Assembly: GCA_964016885.1 (NCBI GenBank)
Contig: OZ024741.1
Location: 73,842,001 to 73,906,000 of the forward strand
DNA length: 64,000 nucleotides
Source: Eledone cirrhosa
Taxonomy: Eukaryota
Reading direction: 5' to 3'
Notes under the pieces: model-generated
What the model saw: only the letters and a program-made list of their open reading frames with translations
The model's database searches: none
What the model was told of the DNA's origin: nothing
Program-made: the position numbers and the translations under genes
In this document: positions 16,609 through 32,154 of the stretch, in pieces
Numbering within the stretch: the stretch's first letter is position 1
How the letters are laid out: each line of letters starts with the position of its first letter

Positions 16609-17600
16609 ATTTTCCTTGTTCCTCCTGATGCAGTTGCTGCTATTGGTGTCATGTATGGGAACGCCTCAGCTGTTGTCCTTACACCTGAGAAACCAACATG
16701 TCTACAATTGATACAAGTGTTTTGCAGTGCGATCCACTTGCTCCGTTCTTTTTATATGTTTGGATTACGCCCTTCGCATAGCCATCACAGATACTGATGG
16801 TATAATCATCAAGAGTCGTCAGAGTCACCGTCAACAAGCTATTGTGCTCCCTGATCTTCATTTTGCAGATGACACCACTCTTCTGGGAAGATACCATCGA
16901 ATCAGCTTAGGACCTCTGCCATCATCTCACGACTCGATTCCAAGAGGTGGGTTTGTTTTTCAATACTTCAAAAATTAAATCTTTGCATTTGGATCCATCC
17001 GTTCTCAGTTCATAACATGCCTCGGACTGTTCACCTATTCAACTGGTTCAAGAATTTAAATATCTGGGTGGTTACATTGACTCTTGGCATGATATGACCA
17101 CCAGAATTGGTCAAGCATGGAGTGCAATAAATTCACTACAAAGGGTCTGGAATATCCCAATATCTTGAAGGGCAAAGTTTTCAAAATTATGGTCGAAACC
17201 ATGTTACTATATGGTTAAGAATCCTTGTCTCTCAGTATCGCTCGATCAAAGAGACTTGATGGGTCTTACACCAAGATGTCGTGTGTGTTGATCAATATTT
17301 CATGGAAAAGTCACACTACCAATAAAGTTCTTTATGATGATCTTCCACGAGTTTCATCGAAAGTTCAATCCCGTCGCTTGGATTTTGCTGATTATGCTTC
17401 CAACCGCGATGAACATACAGAGAAACTGCTTCTCTGGTCACTAGATGCAAAGCGTTGGGTAGAACGTTCAAACATAACAATCTGGACTGTGTTGGCGAGG
17501 GACACAAACCTCATTAGACGAGATCTTCTTGTTGCGATGAATGATCAGGAAATCTGGAAGAAAAGCGTTGTGCATTCTTCACCTTCAATGGAAGAATGAT
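16609..17600 (+). pseudogene. Degenerate 5'-truncated RTE-type LINE reverse transcriptase
   Basis: Frameshifted motifs VLQ.DPLAPF, FICLDYALR, DLHFADD, EFKYLGGYI and KRLDGSYTKM..LINISWKSHTTNKVLY. Confidence 0.75.
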
Positions 17601-17842
17601 CCAATATTAATACAATGCAGTTATGCTATTTTATTATTGCTGTTGTTGGGCCTCTGTTGGTTCAGAGGACGAGTGTTAGATTGTGGGGACGGGCGGGATT
17701 GAAGTGGAAAAAATGTCTTTAGATAAAAATAACAGGTCCAATCATGTTGACATCTCTTGCAAAACTGTTGATGCCGGCGTTTTGTGTATGATTTATTTTT
17801 TAGAAAAGTGGATGATGGCAGGTTGCCATTGGGAAACCTGGC

Positions 17843-18369
17843 AACGTTTCGGACGCTGGTCCTTCATAGAAGAAAGAATGAGAAATGAGATAGATTGAGG
17901 GGACGGGCGGGATGGAATTGGAAAAAATGTCTTTAGATAAAAATAACAGGTCCATTCATGTTGACATCTCTTGCAAAACTGTTGGTGCTGGCATTTTGTG
18001 TGTGATTTATTTTTTAGAAAAATGGATGATGGAGCCCGTCTACCTGAAATGGAAAAAAAAAAACGTTTTGTAAAAAGAGCTGGGCAACCTGGCAACGGTA
18101 ACATTGCAGGGCCCACTGTAGTATTTTAGGGGTCAATACTTTGCTTTCAAAAAATACCTGAAATCTAAGAGTAAGAATAAAATGTTTTTAAAAATCAAAT
18201 AAAACAATTAAGCAAAGCATTTGGTCAACCAATTCCTCAGGGAATTACTAGAAACCAAAATATATGATAGTGCAATTAGCTGGAATCAGTGGTTGTACCT
18301 TTTACTAAATCTAAAGCTTACTGTATTCATTCATGCATGCAGACATACATATATAAACACACACTCGCA

Positions 18370-18464
<95 letters not shown>

Positions 18465-19603
18465 GCGCGCGCACAAGCATATATCTCTATCTATTAATCA
18501 CTCTCACCACACCATCGCTACTTCCATCTTCATTAAACCAACAGACGCCTAATCTTACCTCGACTTCACCTCCTCTCAGCCAACCCACACCAAACACTCC
18601 ATACCCTATTCCCGATTCCTCTGTCTTCGTCGACTCTGTAGCCAGGACGACGATTTCGAAAGCCATTCCCTTTGCATGGCTTCCTGCTTCATCCAGCATG
18701 GATATCTCCCCACCCGCGCCCGTGAAACAGACCGCACCACAGCCCTCTCATCTCACCTGTGTTCCTTTCCCTCTCACCTACCACCCCATCACCTTATCAC
18801 TCCGGCGACATATCCTCCGTTCTTTCCGTATCCTCTATTCTGACCCCGTCACTTTTCGCTTTTTTACAAACTCACCCATTACTACTTTTAAGCGTCCCCG
18901 CAATCTCCGCGACCTCCTGGTTCGCAGTTCCTTTTCGTCCTCTCCCACGACTCCACCTGGCTCTCATCTTTGTTCCCGTTCCCGCTGCAACACTTGTCCC
19001 TTTATTTCCACCCTCACCACTCTTACAGGCCCTAACGGGTCTTTCCGTATCCGCCATTCCTTCACCTGCACATCCACCCACGTTGTCTATGCCCTCCGGT
19101 GTTCCCTTTGCGGGGCTTTATATATCGGACAAACGGGACACCGTATGGCGGACTGTTTTGCCGAACATTTGAAGGACATACAACTCGGTTTGGATACTCC
19201 TCTCGCCCGTCATTTCTGTTCTCCTGGTCATTCTTCCCTACATGTTTCAGTCCTGGGTGTCCTTTTTCATCATGGATCACAGGACTGAACAAAATCTGAT
19301 TCACCACCTTGGGTCCAATTCCCCTCTTCGACTCAACTCACCTCCCCAATTTCTCTAATACCCCGCCCATTATCACACCTCTAGATTCCTATCGCTTTCT
19401 CTTGATCATTAGCAGCTTCTCTTACAACTAATACATGCCGACTATATATATGCTCACTCCACTTTTCCCTTCACTACTCTGTATACACACATACACACCC
19501 TTATATTAACATACTTTTGCTCATAGCTTCGTACTTACATTGCACACACACTCTTTTACTCACACATACACACACATTTATTCTTAGCTTCGTACGGGCG
19601 TAT

Positions 19604-19700
<97 letters not shown>

Positions 19701-20507
19701 AGCTTACGCACGTGTATAGCTCTTTTTAGAAAACGTTTTTTTTTTTTCCATTTCAGTGTTTGGTGTGGGTTGGCTGAGAGGAGGTGAAGTCGGGATAAGA
19801 TTGGGCGTCTGTTGGTTTAATGAAGATGGAAGTAGCGATGGTGTGGTGAGAGTGATTAATAGATAGAGATATATGCTTGTGTGCGTGTGTGTGTGTACGT
19901 GCGAGTGTGTGTTTATATATGTATGTCTGCATGCATGAATGAATACAGTAAGCTTTAGATTTAGTAAAAGGTACAACCACTGATTCCAGCTAATTGCACT
20001 ATCATATATTTTGGTTTCTAGTAATTCCCTGAGGAATTGGTTGACCAAATGCTTTGCTTAATTGTTTTATTTGTTTTTTAAAAACATTTTATTCTTACTC
20101 TTAGATTTCAGGTATTTTTTGAAAGCAAAGTATTGACCCCTAAAATACTACAGTGAGCCCTGCAATGCTACCGTTGCCAGGTTGCCCAGCTCTTTTTACA
20201 AAACGTTTTTTTTTTTTTCACAGGTAGACGGGCTCCATCATCCATTTTTCTAAAAAATAAATCATACACAAAACACCACCATCAACAGTTTTGCAAGAGA
20301 TGTCAACATGATTGGACCTGTTATTTTTATCTAAAGACATTTTTTCCACTTCAATCCCGCCCGTCCCCTCAATCTATCTTATTTCTCATTCTTTCTTCTG
20401 ATGAAGGTCCGAAACGTTAAGACCCACTTTCTGCTATATCAAGCGTTAATCTAATATATCCCGTCCATATACTGTACCGACTGTGTTGTTATTTCTATTT
20501 ACCTTTT

Positions 20508-20510
<3 letters not shown>
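17843..20510 (+). mobile_element. Neptune-like PLE fragment enclosed by about 750-bp inverted repeats (17843-18598 / 19755-20420)
   Basis: PFPLTYHP...FKRPRNLRDLLVRS...CSRSRCNTCPFI...FTCTSTHVVYALRCSLCGALYIGQTG..FAEH at about 18760-19337; hammerhead 20394-20422 (tcttCTGATGAaggtccGAAAcgttaaga). Confidence 0.82.
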
Positions 20511-20546
<36 letters not shown>

Positions 20547-20577
20547 TTACACATACACACGAACTACTAACCAAATA

Positions 20578-20737
20578 ATTGTTTCTACTTTTGGCACAAG
20601 GCCAGCAATTACCCAGGGCATTACTGGTACTTTATTTTATCGACCCCGTAAGGGTGAAAGGCAAAGTTAACCTCGGAATGATTTGAACGCAGAATGGCAA
20701 GGGCCGTAACTCTATGCGTCAAAGCATGGCGTCCGAC
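20578..20737 (-). mobile_element. SINE S1
   Basis: Matches S1 consensus. Confidence 0.85.
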
Positions 20738-20792
20738 TTTGGTATCAATGGATAAAAGACATCTGTCAAATTAATTTGTAATTAAGTTGGTG

Positions 20793-20827
<35 letters not shown>

Positions 20828-20974
20828 GGAGTGTAACTTGGAGTTACTGCGTTATTAAGTTATTGAGTCGGGTAAGATCGATACAGATCGAACCTTGAGC
20901 TGATCAGTGGCGAAACGCGCGTCACCTACCAATAAATGTAATGAAGGAGTAACCAATCGTCTTTGTTATCCTTT

Positions 20975-21013
<39 letters not shown>

Positions 21014-21200
21014 CGGAAAAAATGAAACGAAATTTCATTTCCCACTCTTAGTACGGCTGTTACTTAAATATAAGTATGTACACGTACATACATATATGTA
21101 TACAGACTACAGTAGTATGTATATATATATACATACATGCATACATATATATATATGTACGGATGGATTCACCGAACATTTATTATAATGCTCGGTGTGT

Positions 21201-21295
<95 letters not shown>

Positions 21296-21326
21296 GTATA
21301 TATATATATATATGTATGTATGTATG

Positions 21327-21357
<31 letters not shown>

Positions 21358-21483
21358 AATCTGAGTTTTTCGAATATTAATAATAATATTCGATTCGTTT
21401 GTAAATATGCAAACAGCCTCATTTTTAAAGCCATGTCAGTAGAATGAGCCCCTCATTCTTGCTCTTGTGTTGGCATGTAAACA

Positions 21484-21533
21484 GAACTGCAGACACTAAT
21501 GTTTCTGGGTATTACCCTTCATCAGTGCAGTTC
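21484..21533 (-). ncRNA. Type I hammerhead ribozyme with long stem I
   Basis: GAACUGCA-CUGAUGA-A-GGGU aau ACCC-A-GAAA-CA uuag UG-UC-UGCAGUUC; 8-bp stem I, GUC cleavage triplet; flanks extend the stem (gttggca/tgccaac). Confidence 0.85.
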
Positions 21534-21651
21534 AATGTTCACCTGCCAACTATCAGAGCTAGGGAAAATATATGATATTTTCTAAAGTATACAGTGACTC
21601 ATTGGTCTGATTTGCATATTAGCAGACTGGCTGATCAGTCAATAAAGTAAG

Positions 21652-23280
<1,629 letters not shown>

Positions 23281-23360
23281 TAGCATTCAGACCCAGTCCG
23301 TCACTGTATATAGTTATATTTGGGGAGGGTTATATTGTTATAATATTGCCAGAAATAATA

Positions 23361-23472
23361 ATTGTTTCTACTTTTGGCACAAGGCCAGCAATTATACCAG
23401 TGCATTACTGGTACTTTATTTTATCGACCCCGGAAGGATGAAAGGCAAAGTTAACCTCGGCGGGATTTGAAC
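23361..23472 (-). mobile_element. SINE S1 (another fragment at 23956-24041, plus strand)
   Basis: Matches S1 consensus. Confidence 0.8.
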
Positions 23473-23513
23473 CGCCAGAAATAATAATAAAACACTCTCA
23501 CTGTTTGGTTTGG

Positions 23514-23628
<115 letters not shown>

Positions 23629-24802
23629 CTATCACGCCAGCTGGTTATGGAATCTTGCAAACCTGCCCGCAAGCCGCGATTGACATTGGATATAAAAAAG
23701 AAACGTCTAACATTCACAAAAAAAGACATGAACATTAGACTAAAAAGGAATGGGGCCAACCTCCGATGGGTCATCACTACAGCATCAAATCGGGAGGTTT
23801 CATGGGAAAAGATATGATGAAAGATATACAACACATGAAATGAAGCACCCAGCCAGTCAGTTGGGACAACATTTCGAAATATTAAACTCCGATTTATATA
23901 TTTCTTTGAGAAGGCGCTTAGAACTGTTGCAGAACAAAGTGGAAATACACATACAGAGGTTAACTTTGCCTTTCATCCTTAAATAAAGTACCAGTAATGC
24001 ACTGGGTAATTGCTGGCCTTGTGCCAAAAGTAGAAACAATTATATACATATATACATATATGCGTATTTATATGTGCACATACATTATATACATACGTGC
24101 GTGTGTATTTCCTGATGATTTCCCCGTAGAATGAAAGAACACTAGTCCTGCAGAAGTCACTTATAAATGAAATGTAAATGAAATTATGTACCCTCTCTAC
24201 TTAATGCATTTGTATAGCCGTCCTCAGTGACTATTTTGTTGTTAATTTGTGTCTTTCCTTTATCTTGGCTACAAGTGCGTGGGTTTTATATTGGCCGCAT
24301 GACCTCCTAAAGTATAACAATATAATTGCAAACAATCTCTTCGTTGATGGAAAACCATTCTGCTGAAACTTCGAAGTCACTGCCACTTTTCTACTCTACC
24401 CACAAGTACTGAACGCTCATCCAGTTAGTATCATAACATTCTAAATACTATGATACACCTATGAAACACCTATTCTAACATATATACTAGCATAGTACCT
24501 GGCAAAAACGACGAGGTTTATAGTAAAAACAATTCCATGTAAACATGCTTGAATTCTCGATTATCCCTAACCTCCTCCTTCTTGTCACTGGATATTTGTA
24601 TTTCATTTTAAATTGATTTAAATCAATTAAAAAAGTTAATCATTAACAAACATCTACTAAATCTACTAAATTAGGATGTCTTTGTTCTGTCTATATATCT
24701 ATCTGTCTTCGGACTGCTATTGGGTTTTGTTTAAGTTGTTACTGTTGTTCTTGACCGAAGATAGATACATTGATAAATATACATGTTTATTTAGATAGAT
24801 AA

Positions 24803-24921
<119 letters not shown>

Positions 24922-24942
24922 CATATATATATATACTTATAT

Positions 24943-25245
24943 AAGAATGTTTTAATCTGAAAACGTCTGTTTAAACAGTTATTGTTATACTTTGGAAGAA
25001 TCATGGTGCCAATAAAAGATACTCGCACCTGTTGAATTTCACTTCAATTCATTATTATAATTTGCTAGACGGTTAGGTTAATAATCGGGTGATTGATTAG
25101 TTACTGATTGTCATCACAGTCTGTGACCTCCTCAGTGACTATTTTGTTGTTATTTTGTGTCTTTCCTTTATCTTGGCTACAAGTGCGTGGGTTTTATATT
25201 GGCCGCATGACCTCCTAAAGTATAACAATATAATTGCAAACAATA
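24943..25245 (-). mobile_element. Solo pLTR of a PLE1-related family (partial duplicate at 24225-24336)
   Basis: Encodes MRVSFIGTMILPKYNNNCLNRRFQIK vs PLE1 [26 protein letters not shown]; degenerate hammerhead gtcaCTGAGGAggtcacagactgtga. Confidence 0.75.
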
Positions 25246-25510
25246 TAATTGCAAACTTACACTTGGTAAGCACTCTGAGACAGGTTTTGTTCTCCTATAT
25301 ATATATATATATATATATATAGGAGAAAGTATGACCCGACGGCAGAGCTCAAGCCGTTTCGACGGCTATTTCTAGTCCAGAAATAGCCGTCGAAACGGCT
25401 TGAGCTCTGCCATCAGGGTCATACTTTTTCTTATTACCCACTCTACTACCCTAAGTATTGAGTACTCTGGGGCGTTATGGTCCATCTGGTTCCTTACCAC
25501 AACTCCTTCG

Positions 25511-25579
<69 letters not shown>

Positions 25580-26124
25580 GTCCAGAATTAGCCGTCGAAA
25601 CGGCTTGAGCTCAGCTGTCGGGGTCTTACTGGTTCCTTACCACATTTCCTTCGTTATAATATATATATATATATATGTGTGTGTGTATTGAAATTTCCGT
25701 TGAAAACAGGAAAGGTCATAGAAGTGAAGAGTGCTCTATGTAAGTACCAGAGCAAAATTTAATGTATAAAAATCAATACAATATAATTACCTCATTACCA
25801 GAGGTTTCCCGAATGAGGCGAATACGAAAGAAACGTCTTCATTCGTTCGTCAGACAGACGAGGCAATATAAAACATGGGTAAATACTTGGAAAGTCTCAT
25901 CAAGTAAAGCAAAAAAATATAGACAAATGAATTAGAATATGAAATATATAAAAATCTTTCAATAAATATAGTTAGGTGTGTGTATATGTATGTATATACG
26001 CTCACAGATGTGCATATATGTGTATGCACATATGTATACGTATAGTGAAAAAGTGTGCGTAAATATATAATTTAGGGCAAATGTATCTGTGTATCTGTAA
26101 TCTACAGACAGAATAGATACATCA

Positions 26125-27920
26125 TAATAATAAGTTCATCTTCTCCGATAAAACTAAAAACCTATATGAAGTTAACAATAATTTACACGACCAACTATTA
26201 ATAGATAATATCACCTCTAAATACCAAATAGCTAATATAAATACGTACCATAATATAAATAAGGAAGCTAAAGAATTAGCTGTTTCTTTAAAAATAGATA
26301 ATAAGAGAGAAAAACTTGCTAAACGCAATGCGTACATCACCCTTAAAGATTACAAACCCGACTTTATTAATCGTCCTAGTTGTAGATTAATCAACCCTGC
26401 TAAGACTGATATTGGTCTTGCCAGCAAAAAAATTTTAAATAATATAAATACACACATTAGAAGTAAGTCTAAATTACTCCAATGGATAAATAGTTCTTCC
26501 GTAGTACATTGGTTTAATAATATTAAAAACAAAAATAGTTCTAGATTCACCCAATTTGACATTGTAGATTTCTACCCATCTATCACTCAGACCCTTTTAG
26601 CGAAAGCTTTAAATTTCGCTAGAGGGTTTACTAATATCTCCGATATTGAAGAGAATGTCATCTTGCACGCTAGAAACACTCTACTCTTTACTGATAATGA
26701 CACTTGGGTAAAAATATCTAACCCAGAGAGCCCATTCGATGTCTCAATGGGCTCTTATGACAGTGCTGATGTTTGTGATTTGGTCGGCCTATTCCTCCTA
26801 CATACACTTAAAGAAAAATTTCCTAACCATATTTTGGGGCTTTATCGCGACGATGGTCTAATACTTTCCCATACCACCATAGGCCATAACTCAGATAGAT
26901 TAAGGAAAGACTTAATAAAAACCTTCGCTAGTTTTAATCTTAAAATTACTATTGACACTAACCTTTCCAATGTAGATTTCCTAGATATAAACCTAGATTT
27001 GCCTACTGCTTCTTATAAACCATACCATAAACCTAATGAAAACTTAAAATATATAAATAAAGGCTCGTGCCATCCTCCTATAGTTTTTAAAAACCTTATC
27101 CCTAATATTAGCCGTAGGATCTCCACCCTCTCTTCCTCAGAAGCTATTTTTAATAAGGCATCCCCCTACTATAATAAAGCCCTCCAAAATAGCGGTTTTA
27201 GCGAACCGATTAAATACATACCCAACTATACTAACTCTATTAAACATAAAAACAGGAAAAGAAAAATAATCAGTTAAAACTAATGTAGGCAAAAAATTCC
27301 TAGAGCTCCTAGATAAACATTTCCCTAGAACACATAGATACTATAAGATCTTTAACAGAAACTGTGTCAAAATTAGCTATTCCTGCGGTCCCCCTATTAA
27401 TTCCTATATCATCAACAAAAAATCACCTAGAGAAAATCAAACTTGCTCCTGTAGAATCAAAAGTGAATGCCCATTACAAGGTAAATGCAACACCAAAGCC
27501 ATTGTATATGCGGCTAAAGTGACAACCATCAGCAACAACCATCCAGCCACCAGTGAACGATATGTGGGTATGACGCAAGACAAATTCAAAACGCGTTATT
27601 ACTCACATGTCGCATCCTTTCGACATCCAGAAAAAAAATTTACAACAGCTCTGGCTAGCAGAATTTGGGATTTGAAAGACCAAGGCATCCAATATAAATT
27701 GGATTGGTCAATTTTGAACCAATCTAAAGAATATGCAAGAGGAACAAGAAAATGCACGCTCTGCATAAATGAAAAATATTGGCTCTTGCAAAATCTTAAA
27801 TCACCAAAGACCTGCCTGAACACAAAGACGGAAATTTTCACCAGTTGCCCACACATGAAATCACAGCTGCTTTCCAGCTCATATAAACTTAACACACTTT
27901 CAGATACTTATCCTCCATAA
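26125..27920 (+). pseudogene. PLE RT + C-terminal GIY-YIG endonuclease, frameshifted near 27275
   Basis: ITLKDYKPDF..PSCRLINPAK, FDIVDFYPSI, FDVSMGSYDSA, GLYRDDG, linker CSCRIKSECPLQGKC (CxCx5C), IVYAAKV, YVGMTQDKFKTRYYSH, CTLCINEK. Confidence 0.88.
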
Positions 27921-27989
27921 ACTCTTATTATTCTCTTTATAATTACCCTTTCTGATTTACTTTCATTTTTATCCTTATTATTAATTTCA

Positions 27990-28161
27990 TTTATTTTTAT
28001 TTTTATTTTTATTTTTATTTTTATTTTTATTTTTATTTTTATTTTTATTTTTATTTTTATTTTTATTTTTATTTTTATTTTTATTTTTATTTTTATTTTT
28101 ATTTTTATTTTTATTTTTATTTTTATTTTTATTTTTATTTTTATTTTTATTTTTATTTTTA
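27990..28161. repeat. (TTTTTA)n hexamer repeat in the PLE3 3' UTR
   Basis: Direct reading. Confidence 0.95.
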
Positions 28162-28477
28162 CTTCACATCCACCAATAACCCCCCCCCCCCTTTATTCTC
28201 CGATTCACTTACCTAATATCTTCACTTTCCATTTTTTACTTCCCTATTTCCTTCACTAACTGATTACACAGGTCACTTGCGTTTTCCACTCCAGATATTT
28301 TTTATTTTTATTTTTATTTTTTATTTTTGCGCAGCCAATCTTACAATTTTATAATTTTATATTTGTACTTACTTATCCACAAGTTTTTTACACCCTGTAT
28401 CTATGTGGCTGAACGCCTTAATGTGTGTATACTTTCTATATATGTACATGAACGCCTACGTATGTGCGCGCGCGTGC

Positions 28478-28577
<100 letters not shown>

Positions 28578-29275
28578 ATGTGTATGTGTATGTGTCTTTA
28601 TATCCGTGTTTTTACATCTAGGTTTTATGTTTTGTTTCTTTTTCTTCTCCCCTTTTTTTTACATCCTCATTTTTATGCGTGTGCATGCAAACAGGTCAAT
28701 ATGCGCGAGTGTAAGTATGTGTGTGTGTGTGTGTGTGTGTGTGTACGTATCGAACGTATGGATGTGTAAGTGTGCGTGTGTATATAAGCATGTATATGTT
28801 TGCGCTTCTTTTGTGAGATATACGTGTGTGTGTATGCGTGTACCTTGTTTGTCTTCTTTTCTTAAATTCTTTCTTTCTAAATTATTGTTTCATTTTTATA
28901 AATATATCGAGATTGATACTTTCCTTTAATTATTACACTCCCTTACCTCTTTTACTTCCGCATATAAGTGTACGTGTGTATAGGTGTGTTTATGGACGTG
29001 CCTTCATATTCTTATGATGTATCTATTCTGTCTGTAGATTACAGATACACAGATACATTTGCCCTAAATTATATATTTACGCACACTTTTTCACTATACG
29101 TATACATATGTGCATACACATATATGCACATCTGTGAGCGTATATACATACATATACACACACCTAACTATATTTATTGAAAGATTTTTATATATTTCAT
29201 ATTCTAATTCATTTGTCTATATTTTTTTGCTTTACTTGATGAGACTTTCCAAGTATTTACCCATGTTTTATATTG

Positions 29276-29345
29276 CCTCGTCTGACGAACGAATGAAGAC
29301 GTTTCTTTCGTATTCGCCTCATTCGGGAAACCTCTGGTAATGAAG
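29276..29345 (+). ncRNA. Type I hammerhead with expanded loop II (mirror copy 25790-25863)
   Basis: CCUCGU-CUGACGA-A-CGAAUGA...UCAUUCG-G-GAAA-CC ucu GG-UA-AUGA(A/G)G. Confidence 0.78.
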
Positions 29346-29421
29346 TAATTATATTGTATGGATTTTTAGACATTATATATATATATATATATATATGAGT
29401 GCGTGTGTTGACAAGGTTATA

Positions 29422-29881
<460 letters not shown>

Positions 29882-30015
29882 GTGAGGTTTTTTTTTACAA
29901 AATGAAAAATAACCGAGGTGTCCTACACGAGTGAAAGTATAAAGAAAAAAAGATGAAATCGAAAATGCAACTGGAGTCTTATTTTTTTTTTTAAATATAT
30001 ATATTTATTTGGTTC

Positions 30016-30051
30016 CTTTACCGGTTTCGCAGTTCTTCTGCTTTTCAAAAG
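30016..30051 (-). ncRNA. Minimal hammerhead with U3:A8 core
   Basis: CUU-UUGAAAA-GCAG aagaa CUGC-GAAA-CCGG-UA-AAG. Confidence 0.7.
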
Positions 30052-30083
30052 TAGAGTTGAGATGGAGGGTCTGTGTTTTTTCT

Positions 30084-30151
<68 letters not shown>

Positions 30152-30284
30152 GGTTTGTTGGTTCACCACTGGATAGAATTGGTCATTCCGTATGGTCAAT
30201 CTCGATGTAATATTATGGAGAGTACTCAACGTAATGCAGCTCACCCGTTATATTTATCTGTTATATTCCTTTGTTATATTTCGA

Positions 30285-30342
30285 ATACCTGATGATATCA
30301 CCGGATTCATACGGAACCCGGTCATTGAAATGATCATAGTAT
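30285..30342 (+). ncRNA. Minimal type I hammerhead in a short (TA)n-flanked insert (30149-30390)
   Basis: AUAC-CUGAUGA-...ACCGG...CCGGU...-GAAA-UGAUCA-UA-GUAU; palindromic stem III; AATAAA follows. Confidence 0.8.
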
Positions 30343-30382
30343 AATAAACCTTTCAAGGATTTACACAAGTCCAGCCTACTGT

Positions 30383-30433
<51 letters not shown>

Positions 30434-30442
<9 letters not shown>

Positions 30443-31339
30443 GATCGAGTATCGAAAAATCGGCGCACGAGTTCACGATAAACAATATTCGAAATGAGCG
30501 GCAGAGGGCTCAATAATTCAGATGAATCAGAGCTATAACTATCGTTAAAATACCGTCACACATAGAACAAGTCTAAAATCAACCACACGATAAAAAATCG
30601 ATAATAGAAGATTCGGGACAAACAGATAAAAAATATCAATAAAACAATACATCAATAATTTAAATGAATGTAAAATCATACCCGGACCCACTAGAAAGGT
30701 GTTAAATCTAGCTTCTTGGGTTTCTGTAAATCCTTAGACTGTACTCTATCAGCTCACATATAAATATATAAGACTACTAGAGCAAGCGGAATGGAAGTTT
30801 ACTTCATCAACGAGCTTTTTCCTAGCGGATAAGAGGCTAACCACAAGCGAAATACGCACATGGAATTCGACAAGGGAGATAACCTCTACATCCGCGAAAA
30901 CTATTCGAGGAAATGTGGAAATACACATATCGAATAAGAGTGCTCAATAGACATGTTAAAATAAAACAGGAGCTATTCATCACTCAATAGAATCGACAAA
31001 AAATGAGCAATAAAATTAACTGGTGGATAGCTATGTCCAGAGCTAAAAATATTAGAAAGATCGAGTATCGAAAAATCGGCGCACGAGTTCACGATAAACA
31101 ATATTCGAAATGAGCGGCAGAGGGCTCAATAATTCAGATGAATCAGAGCTATAACTATCGTTAAAATACCGTCACACATAGAACAAGTCTAAAATCAACC
31201 ATACGATAAAAAATCGATAATAGAAGATTCGGGACAAACAGATAAAAAATATCAATAAAACAATACATCAATAATTTAAATGAATGTAAAATCATACCCG
31301 GACCCACTAGAAAGGTGTTAAATCTAGCTTCTTGGGTTT
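30434..31339 (-). mobile_element. Non-coding element with about 290-bp direct repeats (30434-30722, 31049-31339) and a large hammerhead
   Basis: Near-identical direct repeats, (TA)n on both sides, hammerhead fold at 30680-30815. Confidence 0.7.
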
Positions 31340-31471
31340 ATATATATATATAGTAATAATAATAAATTTGAAGACTAAAATCCAAAGAGGGCTCGATAAG
31401 GATAAATATATATCAAATTATTATTACTATTTGGCTCCCTCGGTTGAGCACTCTATTGACTTATATTCATC

Positions 31472-32010
31472 ATGCAGAAACAACATCTGAATATTTCTAC
31501 AAAGAACATACCCGAACCAAGCAGGAAAACATACCTAAAACTCCTGATACAGAAAACAGACGCGTTCATTAAAAGGTTGCGTTGGCGTGCCCTTTATTTC
31601 GATAATCCGCGAAAAGCTGACAACAAACAGGATAAATTTGGGTTTAAAACCTATAATAACCCTCCGTGTAACCCAGCATTGCTACCCTTCGAAAATGATG
31701 TCTTGGAACTCATACGGAGTATCAAATTTCGGAATAGGAGCAATTCCTTCCAGCAGGACCTGAAGAATAGAATTCGTTCTATTAAGGATTCTAATGCCGT
31801 GCACGTCCACTCCGACAAAACTGGCAATCTATATCAAGTGGAGCGCAGTACTTACCATCAACTACTACATAATTCTGTAACCAAGGATTACCGTAAAACT
31901 AATCGGTGCGTCATCAATGAAATCAACGATGCTGGGTTTAAAATCACCTCTGATCTCAACATCCTGGACCGGCTTATTAACCCTACGAAGTCCGATTTAG
32001 GTAGACTTAG
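31472..32010 (+). pseudogene. N-terminal fragment of a PLE3-type ORF with internal deletion
   Basis: ISTKNIPEPS..YLKLLIQKTDAFIKRLRWRA, SDKTGNLY (cf. SDKTKNLY in PLE3), fused to RLINPTKSDLG. Confidence 0.75.
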
Positions 32011-32154
32011 TCAGTTCATCGGAGCTTGCGAGAATGAAGAGAATATACAGGCATGAAAGGAATATACAGGCTACTATATGAAGTAGTAATGGCATTCAGT
32101 TAGAACAATAACAATAATATCAACAATGCTAGCATATTCTCTTCATTCTCGCAA

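Noticed and set aside
18221-19288. 355-aa ORF as a real gene
   Set aside because: Chance fusion of an inverted-repeat arm, a (CA)n tract and a PLE endonuclease fragment
20860-20940. GAAACGCGCGTC hammerhead 3' half
   Set aside because: No upstream CUGAnGA-like core visible; at most a truncated pLTR remnant
24105-24160. CTGATGA...GAAA possible hammerhead
   Set aside because: No convincing stems I or III
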